Of a stretch of DNA of 64,000 bases, positions 16,433 through 25,049 are shown one piece after another. This stretch comes from Candidatus Thorarchaeota archaeon (GTDB taxonomy: Archaea > Asgardarchaeota > Thorarchaeia > Thorarchaeales > Thorarchaeaceae). The stretch spans positions 4,271 through 68,270 of the forward strand of contig RDOC01000001.1 of assembly GCA_011364985.1 (NCBI GenBank), given 5' to 3'. How positions within the stretch are numbered: position 1 is the stretch's first letter; each line of letters starts with the position of its first letter. The notes under the pieces are model-generated. The model made no database searches and was not told the DNA's origin. It saw nothing but the letters and a program-made list of their open reading frames with translations. A program made the translations under genes and the position numbers.

Positions 16433-19045
16433 TTATTCGTTTGTTGATTCATATGATGGAAGCCACAGCAGAAACTCTGCGCCTTCCGCAGGATTGCCCT
16501 CAATACGATCCTTGACAGAGAGTACTCCCCCGTATTTTTCTGATAGTTGGTGTGCTATGTGAAGCCCCACGCCACCGAATCGACGACGTGGATCAAAGAG
16601 AATCCTCTTTCTCGAATCAGACAAACCAGGACCATTGTCAGCTACTGAAAAAGAATAGCCATTATTCTCCTTCCAGAGATGTACCCAGACGCTCTTATCT
16701 GCCAAATTATTATGAGCAATGCTATTATCAAGCAAGTTCATCAGAAGCACATCCAAGTAATCGTCTGCCAGTACATTCATTTCAATAGTATCGATGGTCT
16801 TCTCAATTCTGAAGCCCTCGATCCCGGATTTCAGATTCCGAATACATCTTTGAACTGCCTCAGCTAGCGACTTCCTAACTAGCGGCTCCTGATCCATGTT
16901 CTCAGTCTGCTTAACCTTAGAAACTATAGTGGCACACGTATTCACGGCGGCCTCGATAGTGTCGAATATCTCAACAATCTTGTCATCACTGCCGAGGAAT
17001 CGGCCGATTTCAACAGACAGGGTGATGGCCTGAAGCCGATTTCGTATATCATGGCCCATGAGATCTAGATACAACCTTGCAGACTCTTCAGCCCGCTTGA
17101 TTCTCGATATGTCACGAAAGGACCAGACCCGTGCAGCAACACCTTCGCCGCGCAATATGGGAGCTGTGAAAAGCTCAATGACTCTTCCGTTTCTTGTGAC
17201 TAATGTGTCGGAGGTAATGGCTGCGCTGCTTAGCAGATCCTGAGCCTCGCCTAAAAGATTCTCACTAGACGCTAGCTGACTTTTCAGATGTTCCAAGAGG
17301 TCTATCATGCTTTTCGATTCTAGAGTGTCATGAGGCACTTGCCACATCTCCATGAAGCGTGTGTTCATGTGCATTATTTGTCCATCAGCACCTATAACCA
17401 GAATTCCATCGGCTGTCGACTCGATTGTTGATAGGTATAGCTCCTGGCTCTGACGAAGATTTCTACTGGCTTCTTCCCGTTCAGTAATATCACGGACGAC
17501 ACTGACGTAACCAAAGCGGGCCCCTTTATCGTCAATAAGAGGCACTACTGTCAGTTCAGTCGGGAATATCGATCCGTCTCTTCTCTTCATGTCGAAGGCT
17601 TCAAGACGTAGAAACCCAAGTGATGCAATAGACTCTCTGAGTTGTTGAAGGAAGCCTTCATAGAACCTATCACTCACATGCAAAAAAGCACTTGTCCTAC
17701 CAATCATCTCCCTTCTGTCATAACCGAATATTCTTGCGGACGCAGGATTTGCATCGATGATTTTGCTCGAAGCATTTGAGTCTAATATGAATACAGCATC
17801 CATTTGACTCTCAATGGTCTTCTTCATCAACTCATTTGCATTGATTAGCTCCTTCTCCGCCTTCTTCCAGTCCGTTATGTCTTGCATCTGCACAATGTAG
17901 CCTTGAAGTTCCCTCGGATCACCATATTTCAAAGGTGAAAGAACTGCGTATAGCCATAATATTCCTTGTTTCTCAGTATCATATAGAGCAGTGCTATGCA
18001 CCTTGGAGAAGTCGAATGCAGACTCATATCGAACTTGTTGGTCTTTCTTAATAAGATCCTTGACCCAGTCAGCAGTATTTGGGTCAGAGAAAAGGTTCAT
18101 TCCTCGGAAGTCCGAGGTTTTTTCTACTCCAAACATATCCAAGCAAGCGCGATTAGCCACAACCATATCCCCATTCCTATCAAATACATTGATGGCGATT
18201 GGAGATTCTTCAAAAATGCCGCGAAACCGCTCTTCACTTCGTTTGACTGCTTCCTCCATCTCCTTCTGAGGAGTGATATCCTCAAGCACGCCATCCAAAT
18301 GAGAAAGGTTTCCACTGTTATCCCATATTCCCACACCCTTTTCTCTTATCCAATGTATCGCCTTGTCCTTGTGTTTTATACGGTACTCCAGCATGAAAGG
18401 TTCTTTCTTACTTATGGCGTTCTCAACCTCCAATCGCACCCGAGCGCGGTCATCGGGATGGATAATACTCTCATACGTACGAATCTTGTTCTCTACAAAA
18501 TCGAGTGGGGGATAACCTGAGATTTCCTCAATTGTATTGCTGAGAAATAACATCGTCCATTCTCTGTCCATCTTGCATCTATATACTGCACAAGGCAAGT
18601 TTGATACAAGAGTACGATATTGTGCCTCACTGTGCTTCAGGGCTTCTTCTGCCTCGACTCTCTTTCGAATTTCATCGAATTGGCGAAGTGCATTTTGTAC
18701 AGCAGGACACAATTTTGCAAGGTTCTCCTTCATCACATAATCATTAGCACCCATCTTTAGTGCTTCCACTGCTGCTTCCTCGCCAATAGTTCCGGATACT
18801 ATTACAAATGGTTGCAGAAAGCCAAACTCTTTCCATATCTTAAGAGCCTCCAAACCAGTGAAATTCGGCATCCTGTAATCACAGAGCACAATATCAAAAC
18901 AGGTAGAATCCAAAGCTAGCAGCATTTCATCTTTGGATGCTATCCGTTGATACTGGACATTATAGCCTCCTCGCTGAAGCTCAAGAATGATGAGCTCAGC
19001 GTCATCCTCCGAATCCTCAACTATTAGGACATGCAGGTCAGTCAT
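16433..19045 (-). CDS. hybrid sensor: N-terminal receiver domain, multiple PAS domains and a histidine kinase
   Basis: The REC domain shows VLIVEDSEDDAELI...DYRMPNFTGLEAL. About 5 PAS/PAC modules follow. The H-box is YLDLMGHDIRNRLQAI, and the HATPase_c domain shows DNGPGLSD...GGVGLHIAHQL. Confidence 0.9.
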   Translation of the reverse strand: MTDLHVLIVEDSEDDAELIILELQRGGYNVQYQRIASKDEMLLALDSTCFDIVLCDYRMPNFTGLEALKIWKEFGFLQPFVIVSGTIGEEAAVEALKMGANDYVMKENLAKLCPAVQNALRQFDEIRKRVEAEEALKHSEAQYRTLVSNLPCAVYRCKMDREWTMLFLSNTIEEISGYPPLDFVENKIRTYESIIHPDDRARVRLEVENAISKKEPFMLEYRIKHKDKAIHWIREKGVGIWDNSGNLSHLDGVLEDITPQKEMEEAVKRSEERFRGIFEESPIAINVFDRNGDMVVANRACLDMFGVEKTSDFRGMNLFSDPNTADWVKDLIKKDQQVRYESAFDFSKVHSTALYDTEKQGILWLYAVLSPLKYGDPRELQGYIVQMQDITDWKKAEKELINANELMKKTIESQMDAVFILDSNASSKIIDANPASARIFGYDRREMIGRTSAFLHVSDRFYEGFLQQLRESIASLGFLRLEAFDMKRRDGSIFPTELTVVPLIDDKGARFGYVSVVRDITEREEASRNLRQSQELYLSTIESTADGILVIGADGQIMHMNTRFMEMWQVPHDTLESKSMIDLLEHLKSQLASSENLLGEAQDLLSSAAITSDTLVTRNGRVIELFTAPILRGEGVAARVWSFRDISRIKRAEESARLYLDLMGHDIRNRLQAITLSVEIGRFLGSDDKIVEIFDTIEAAVNTCATIVSKVKQTENMDQEPLVRKSLAEAVQRCIRNLKSGIEGFRIEKTIDTIEMNVLADDYLDVLLMNLLDNSIAHNNLADKSVWVHLWKENNGYSFSVADNGPGLSDSRKRILFDPRRRFGGVGLHIAHQLSEKYGGVLSVKDRIEGNPAEGAEFLLWLPSYESTNE

Positions 19046-19057
19046 TGCCGGTTCATC

Positions 19058-19486
19058 TCACATCTCGGGAGGTCCGATGTTCAGTACTAGCCAATAGAGA
19101 CCAAGCTGCTTCACACATTCACTGAACTGATCGAAGTCAACGGGTTTCCTGATATAGCTATTTACTCCCGAGTCATAGCAGGCAGCAATGTCTTGGTCCT
19201 CGTCAGAAGAAGTCAACACGACAACAGGCAGTCTATTCGTCCGGGGACTAGATCTGATTTGTTTTAAGACCTCTAGACCGCTTATTTTGGGCAGCTTGAG
19301 GTCCAAGAGAACAAGCTGGGGCAGTGATGGCAGGGAACAATCATCCAAGTACTGAAGCGCTTCTTCACCGTCCCACACATGCTTTATCTCATTGCCAATC
19401 CTGTTTTCGCTCAGCGCCATTATTGTGAGCTCAGTATCATCTGGGTTGTCTTCAACCAGTAGGATCGTATTATTCATCCGAGACAA
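19058..19486 (-). CDS. single-domain response regulator (CheY-like receiver)
   Basis: ILLVEDNPDDTEL...VLLDLKLPKISGLEVLKQIR...PVVVLTSS. It overlaps the upstream kinase gene by 17 nt. Confidence 0.9.
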   Translation of the reverse strand: MSRMNNTILLVEDNPDDTELTIMALSENRIGNEIKHVWDGEEALQYLDDCSLPSLPQLVLLDLKLPKISGLEVLKQIRSSPRTNRLPVVVLTSSDEDQDIAACYDSGVNSYIRKPVDFDQFSECVKQLGLYWLVLNIGPPEM

Positions 19487-21026
19487 TTACTTCACCACCG
19501 TTCTTCAATGTGAAATAAAATGCTGTGCATTCATCGGGTGAGCTCTGAACCCAAATTCTTCCCCCATGTCGGTTAATTATCCTTTGGACAATGGCTAAAC
19601 CAATTCCTGTCCCTTCGAACTCATTCCTTGAGTGAAGTTTTTGAAAAGGAGCAAACACCCTATCAGAATATTGCATATCAAAACCTATTCCGTTGTCTTT
19701 TACTACGAAAATCCGGCCTTCCTTATCAATTGTGGATGATACTTCTATAATGGCAGTCTGTTTCAAGCTAGTAAACTTCCAAGCATTGTCCAAAAGATTT
19801 GTCAGGGCGATTCTCATCAGTTTCATGTCTGTGTATACTTCTAGGTTTCCAGCAATGAGAAGCTCTACGCATCGCTCAGGGTCTCTCCGCTTTAGCTCAT
19901 TGATTATTCCTTGGGCTAGAATGCCCAAATCCATTTTCCTACGTTTCAGTGAGCGACGCGATATCCTTGATAGTCCAAGAAGATCATCAATCAGTTCACC
20001 CATTCGGCTTGCACCAAGTCTTATTCTTTCGAGATAGTGTTGTCCCTTCTCATCGAGTTTGTCTGAGAATGATTCCATTAGTGCTCTGCTGAAACCATTA
20101 ACTGCTCGAAGTGGAGCACGAAGGTCATGAGAGATTGAGTATGCAAAGGAATCAAGCTCATTATTTATGGTCTTCAGCTGCTGTGCCTTTTCCTCTATGC
20201 TGAGCTCAAGCTGTTCATTAAGTGACTTTAACATTTGCTCGGATTCTTTCAGTTTTGTAACATCAAAAAAGATGGCTATCAGATGGTCCTCATCCTTAGG
20301 AGTCAGATGGACCTGATACCAGCGCGAGAGAGCATGCGAGTATTGCTCAATTGTCACTGCTTTCCCAGACTGAGCCACTTGGTCGTAGAAACCAATCCAG
20401 TCAAAGGGATCCTCTTTGATTCCAGGCAGGAATTCTGTGATCTTTCGGCCTGCAGCAGTCTCGCGACTTATTCCAGTTATCTTTTCAAAAGCAGGATTAA
20501 CATCAGTGAACTCAAGATCCACTGCATTACCGTGCCGATCTCTGATTATTTTGTGGTAGGCAAGACCATCGATTATATTGAGAACGAGATCTTTGTATAA
20601 GGTGAAACAGGGCATTGTGCAATTCGATACAGCGCATTTTCCCTTTAGCATTGAGGTGAAACAGCTGTCTTGAGTTACATCTCCCTCTTCGCAAGTTCCA
20701 TTTCCCGGTCCGGACTCTCTTGCAGCAATTACACATGACTCACAATCAGCAGGAGTGTGTCTAAATCCAGCAGGATTCACGTCACAGAAACGACCTGATG
20801 AGCTGTTTGCCAGTTCCCGAGAAATAGAAAAGCATAATTGGGCAACAATGCCAGCATTCCTGCAATTGAGTGTGTCATGTAACACTCTGTCGATTGCCCG
20901 CAGAATGCGAATCTTAGTCGTTGCACTCTTTGGGCTGTCAGTTTCGGTGCCCAATGAGCCCGTCAAAGGATTTCCCCATTTTGTGCTTGCAGGCTTTGTA
21001 TAGAGGCTAGAATGAACCCTACACAA
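19470..21026 (-). CDS. soluble sensor histidine kinase with a Cys-rich N-terminal region, a PAS domain, HisKA and HATPase_c
   Basis: The H-box FAYSISHDLRAPLRAV is the bacterial-type HisKA. The PAS region reads DLEFTDVNPAFEKITG. HATPase_c shows DNGIGFD...GTGIGLAIVQ. The start is a TTG and there is no ATG in the first ~120 codons. Confidence 0.85.
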   Translation of the reverse strand: MCRVHSSLYTKPASTKWGNPLTGSLGTETDSPKSATTKIRILRAIDRVLHDTLNCRNAGIVAQLCFSISRELANSSSGRFCDVNPAGFRHTPADCESCVIAARESGPGNGTCEEGDVTQDSCFTSMLKGKCAVSNCTMPCFTLYKDLVLNIIDGLAYHKIIRDRHGNAVDLEFTDVNPAFEKITGISRETAAGRKITEFLPGIKEDPFDWIGFYDQVAQSGKAVTIEQYSHALSRWYQVHLTPKDEDHLIAIFFDVTKLKESEQMLKSLNEQLELSIEEKAQQLKTINNELDSFAYSISHDLRAPLRAVNGFSRALMESFSDKLDEKGQHYLERIRLGASRMGELIDDLLGLSRISRRSLKRRKMDLGILAQGIINELKRRDPERCVELLIAGNLEVYTDMKLMRIALTNLLDNAWKFTSLKQTAIIEVSSTIDKEGRIFVVKDNGIGFDMQYSDRVFAPFQKLHSRNEFEGTGIGLAIVQRIINRHGGRIWVQSSPDECTAFYFTLKNGGEVIVSDE

Positions 21027-21222
21027 GTCCTATGAAAGGAGATGTACAGTAAAAAGTGTTTCTTGGTTGAGCCTCTACCCGGGAAGTTCATCGCAAAAGC
21101 TCTCTGCAGGAGAACGATACAATAATACATCTCATAAGGAAGTATTTCTTCCCTTGGACATGCAATAATACTTGATGGGCACCTGCAGTTCGTATTCCAG
21201 TAAGGAAACACACACATAGTTG

Positions 21223-22740
21223 TCATTGGTTGATGCTGGTCGCATTCGGTCCAAGCGTGAAGTAAAATGTAGCTCCCTGTTCAGGAGCGCTTTCAACCCA
21301 GACACGGCCGCCGTGGCGAGAGATAATCCTTTGAACAGTGGCCAAGCCAATTCCCAACCCTTCGAATTCTTCAAGTGAATGCAATCGTTGAAATGGAGCA
21401 AATAGTCTGTTTGCGTATTTCATATCAAGACCGACACCATCATCACGTACGAAGACTGCCTCATGATCTTCTTGGCTGACCTTCCCAACTTCAATCCTCG
21501 TTTTCGAGTGGGATTTGGTGAACTTCCAAGCATTCTCAAGAAGATTGGTCATTACGACATTGAGTAGATATTCATCAGCATTGACGGTCATTTCCTCTTC
21601 TATTACTATCTCCACATCACGTTCAGGCGACCCTTGCTGCAACGTGGATAGAATCTCATGCGTCATAGAAGTCAGATTCACTAGGGATCGCTGAAGCACA
21701 GTCCTAGACAGACGTGATAGTTGCAGTAGTGTGTTAATGAGAGCGGTCATCCTTTGAGATCCAGCTCTGATTCGATCCAAGTAGTGCCTACCATTGTCAT
21801 CAATCTTATCTGCGTAGTTCTTTTCCAAGGCCAAACTGAATCCATCCAGACTTCTTAGGGGAGCCCGTAAATCGTGCGATACCGAGTAGGAGAAGGACTC
21901 CAGCTCCCTGTTAAGCGCCTCAAGTTGAGTGGCTCGTGAAGCCTCCATTTCCCTTGATTGCTTCAGGTTTCTGAATAGAGTGTCATAGGGTCGGATCAGA
22001 CTGGCTTGAACAAGAGCTTGATAGATGAAGTAGAAAGCAATGACTTTGAGATAATGTCCCGCTGCATTAGCAATACCATACGCATCGGCGTAGAGCGTAA
22101 AGGCCAATTCAGATAGTATTGTGAAAATGATTGCGAGAATCAAGAGCCGCATGGTAGAGGAATCGAACTCAGTTCTTCTTCTGAGGAATAGAAGACCACT
22201 TAGGACCAAAATAGCGGATATGATGTATTCACTAGCAATCTTGAACAGAGTCAGACCAACACCATCAATAAAGCAGACTGGAAACACTTGCCATACGAAA
22301 ATCGTGGCCAATAGAAGACCAGAAACGATAGAGTAAGCCACTACCACATGCGCTTTGTTGATGTTTGTTCGTACGGCAAACGGAGCAATGAGGAATGTGA
22401 TGCTCTCCAGATATCGAGCTACGATCCATAGTTGCGCAGCGAGATTAGTATCAGATCCTGGAAAGACTCCCATGCCAGGGTAAGCAAGAGTGTGAAAGAA
22501 ATCAATCCATCCGATGAATAGGAAGGAAATTCCCAGAAACAGAAAAGCTCTATTGTCAGTGTATTTTGTAGAATGCCATCCAACAAGGAATACTCCAAAT
22601 GCAACAAGAATGCTAAATTCCTCAACAATACTATGGAAAAGCAGGTAGCTATAGTGCCTTGCGACGTAGAGGGCAATTCCAATCAGTACTGAAAGGATTA
22701 CGTACAAGTACTGCTTGATTGTTATGGGATGTGTAGACAT
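21223..22740 (-). CDS. membrane sensor histidine kinase (about 7 TM, MASE-like N-terminal module, HisKA, HATPase_c)
   Basis: The hydrophobic N-terminal half carries the HSIVEEFSILVAFGVFLVGW motif. The H-box is FSYSVSHDLRAPLRSL, and HATPase_c shows DDGVGLD...GLGIGLATVQ. Confidence 0.85.
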   Translation of the reverse strand: MSTHPITIKQYLYVILSVLIGIALYVARHYSYLLFHSIVEEFSILVAFGVFLVGWHSTKYTDNRAFLFLGISFLFIGWIDFFHTLAYPGMGVFPGSDTNLAAQLWIVARYLESITFLIAPFAVRTNINKAHVVVAYSIVSGLLLATIFVWQVFPVCFIDGVGLTLFKIASEYIISAILVLSGLLFLRRRTEFDSSTMRLLILAIIFTILSELAFTLYADAYGIANAAGHYLKVIAFYFIYQALVQASLIRPYDTLFRNLKQSREMEASRATQLEALNRELESFSYSVSHDLRAPLRSLDGFSLALEKNYADKIDDNGRHYLDRIRAGSQRMTALINTLLQLSRLSRTVLQRSLVNLTSMTHEILSTLQQGSPERDVEIVIEEEMTVNADEYLLNVVMTNLLENAWKFTKSHSKTRIEVGKVSQEDHEAVFVRDDGVGLDMKYANRLFAPFQRLHSLEEFEGLGIGLATVQRIISRHGGRVWVESAPEQGATFYFTLGPNATSINQ

Positions 22741-22968
22741 CTATGGACTCCTCTCCCTGTATGGTTCAAACGGAATAACCGCTCCGTCTATTGAACAGCC
22801 GTTTTCACACTCGGTCAAGTTGAGTAATTCGTGGCAATAGCGCCATGTGAATCTCATAAACTCAGGTTTTGAACGTGAGAGAAACTCCATTTCATTAAGA
22901 ACTGCAGTGGAGCCTGAGTCAACTGACCACGCGCCTTCAGCTCTCATTTTACCCATTGTCTGAAGCAA
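22741..22968 (-). CDS. small hypothetical protein abutting the membrane kinase gene
   Basis: 75-aa ORF with a TTG start and an internal ATG 4 codons in. Its stop directly abuts the kinase ATG. No motif recognised. Confidence 0.3.
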   Translation of the reverse strand: MLQTMGKMRAEGAWSVDSGSTAVLNEMEFLSRSKPEFMRFTWRYCHELLNLTECENGCSIDGAVIPFEPYRERSP

Positions 22969-23296
22969 TGCTTCACCCCATCCATCGATCAGTTGTTAGA
23001 GGAAACATAATAGTCTGTGAGTCGATAACTAGCTCTAATCCCACCTGAACTTGGGGAGTATGGGGAAATTAACCTTCTTTGTATATCATATCTCTGTAAA
23101 CGCCCATCTCATGCGAGGTTCTTAGCGAACTCCTCACGAAGACTATGATATCAGTATTCGAATAGGTCCAACCTACGACTAAGATTATGTGCAGCCACAT
23201 ACGGATCCGCAAACTTCTCTCTGTCCCTTGCCTTTTCGATCTCCTTAAGGAAGATGATAGGAGACTCGACCAACTAGATAATCCAGATCAACTTTC

Positions 23297-23314
23297 AAAA
23301 GTTAGACCTAATAA
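23297..23314. promoter_or_regulatory. 18-bp element AAAAGTTAGACCTAATAA, copy 1 (upstream of the wHTH-TM gene)
   Basis: It is identical to the copy at 23864-23881. It ends 62 nt before the ATG at 23376. Confidence 0.4.
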
Positions 23315-23375
23315 TGTATAATGGAACGTTCGTTCATTGGGTACTGGCTTGTGTGTCTTGGAGTCGTGAAGAAGG

Positions 23376-23834
23376 ATGAATGAATCTTCGCATGACTATG
23401 AATCAGAAATTGAACAAATAGCAGCAGAGATGAAGGGAAAGACGCTCAGGGTCTATTGGTATCTACTAAAAAATCCTGAAGAAACGAGTCTACGTTTAAT
23501 ACAGAGAGGGGCAAATCTTTCGAGTCCAAGTCTCGCTACGTATCACCTGAATAAGCTCGTAAACCTGGGCCTTGTCAGGACGGATAAATATGGATCATAC
23601 TATCTTGAGAAAGTCGTGAAAGTTGGCGTACTCAGATTCTTTGTAGGTTCTGGAAGATTACTATTACCCCGCTACCTTTTCTACGCTGTATTTTACATCA
23701 CACTGATTCCATGCAGTTTGTTATTTCTACCACTGACAACAGGACCAATTTCACTACTCCTTCTTTCTGTTCTGGGTTTTGGAGCGATAACAAGTTGGAT
23801 TGAAAGTATCAGAATATGGCGAATGGAGATTTGA
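23376..23834 (+). CDS. membrane-bound winged-helix (ArsR-like) transcriptional regulator
   Basis: The wHTH reads RVYWYLLKNPEETSLRLIQRGANLSSPSLATYHLNKLVNLGLVR. Two to three C-terminal TM helices follow. Confidence 0.7.
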   Translation: MNESSHDYESEIEQIAAEMKGKTLRVYWYLLKNPEETSLRLIQRGANLSSPSLATYHLNKLVNLGLVRTDKYGSYYLEKVVKVGVLRFFVGSGRLLLPRYLFYAVFYITLIPCSLLFLPLTTGPISLLLLSVLGFGAITSWIESIRIWRMEI

Positions 23835-23863
23835 ACGGTTGAAAAAGCTAGAACAACACTTCG

Positions 23864-23881
23864 AAAAGTTAGACCTAATAA
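23864..23881. promoter_or_regulatory. 18-bp element AAAAGTTAGACCTAATAA, copy 2 (upstream of the PepSY-like gene)
   Basis: It is identical to the copy at 23297-23314. It ends 35 nt before the ATG at 23916. Confidence 0.4.
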
Positions 23882-23915
23882 AAAAGAATTCAATCCATAT
23901 ATGGAGGCCATCTAG

Positions 23916-25013
23916 ATGATTGGAATGAAAAATAGTCCTGTCGGGTATTCCTTGGCATCGGTTGTGGTCGCAGCAATTCTACTTGTTTCGAGCCTTGTGG
24001 TTGGGACAACAGACTCATCTATGAGAGTCTTGCCAGGAGTTCCTCTGGATGATTCACCCTTTTCAGACATAAGTACTGACAATCTCACATCGCTGGAGTC
24101 GGTACTGTATCCTTCTAATTATGAGGTGATAAGCGAAAGGCCGTTTATCATAAGAGTGGATTATCAAGGCGTTTGTCTCATAACCTCGTTTGAAGCGGAA
24201 CAAGTAGCTCAACAATTCGTAGACAAGGTCTTTTCGAATCAATCGGTTCAACAACTCGAAATTGACAGAAGGTTAACCAAGCTGTCAAGAGCTCTTCCGA
24301 GATGGATAATCAGCTTCAAAAACAATACATACTTGGACTCTGAACACATAGAGGCAAGAGTCACAGTGAATGCCGTTACTGGGGGGATTATTGGATATTC
24401 TGGTAATCCTATAATGTGTCAAGGCAAAGTAGCTAATCAATCAACTGCTGAAAAACATGCGGCAACAGCATTAAAGGAACTAGGCTATCGAATACCTGTT
24501 AATGCACGGATTTTCCGCATAAATTGGACAGGCTATTTTGACGAAAACGATGTCACATACCGCTTCCGATTCCAGGAGTTTGCCAGTGATACTATGGTCG
24601 ACACTAGGATTGGCACCATAAGTGTAGAGATAGATGGAATCTCCGGCGGGATCGAGTTCTTATCATACCAATGGATTCAGGTTGATGAGATTCCGACGCA
24701 AGGCATCGTTTCTGTGGGCAGCCTAGGATATGATGCAGTTCTCAATCTCTTCAGAGTGTCTGAAGACTATGAGGATTTTAATGAAATTGGACCCCAAGAT
24801 TTTCGTCTATGCTGGGTGAAGGATGACCTCGAGTCAGGGATAACAGTACTCGATGCATTCACGGGGGATGTATTGTATGCGATAGATTACTTGGGTGCTG
24901 TTCATTCCCAAGATGAAGTAAGGTCGATGTTCCTTGCACCTCTTCTCATTTCTGCTATACCAGCAACACTGCTATACTTTGGCACAAGAAAGATTCTGCG
25001 TCGACAGGTCTAA
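23916..25013 (+). CDS. bitopic envelope protein with three PepSY-like repeats
   Basis: GGAGG lies 10 nt upstream. There is an N-terminal signal/anchor and a C-terminal TM helix followed by RKILRRQV. Three repeated segments resemble PepSY: VTVNAVTGGIIGY, VEIDGISGGIEFL and VLDAFTGDVLYAIDY. Confidence 0.55.
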   Translation: MIGMKNSPVGYSLASVVVAAILLVSSLVVGTTDSSMRVLPGVPLDDSPFSDISTDNLTSLESVLYPSNYEVISERPFIIRVDYQGVCLITSFEAEQVAQQFVDKVFSNQSVQQLEIDRRLTKLSRALPRWIISFKNNTYLDSEHIEARVTVNAVTGGIIGYSGNPIMCQGKVANQSTAEKHAATALKELGYRIPVNARIFRINWTGYFDENDVTYRFRFQEFASDTMVDTRIGTISVEIDGISGGIEFLSYQWIQVDEIPTQGIVSVGSLGYDAVLNLFRVSEDYEDFNEIGPQDFRLCWVKDDLESGITVLDAFTGDVLYAIDYLGAVHSQDEVRSMFLAPLLISAIPATLLYFGTRKILRRQV

Positions 25014-25049
25014 TATGAAGAACTATCCAATCCAATCGGGATGCTAATC

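Noticed and set aside
17996-18520. 174-aa plus-strand ORF inside the hybrid kinase gene
   Set aside because: It is an antisense shadow of a gene with continuous PAS and kinase motifs.
22969-23296. 43-codon minus-strand ORF (TTG start, ...SPIIFLKEIEKARDREKFADPYVAAHNLSRRLDLFEY) in the 400-bp gap upstream of the kinase island
   Set aside because: The peptide looks protein-like, but it is very short and has only a non-ATG start and no recognisable motif. It could be another gene fragment, but that cannot be supported.
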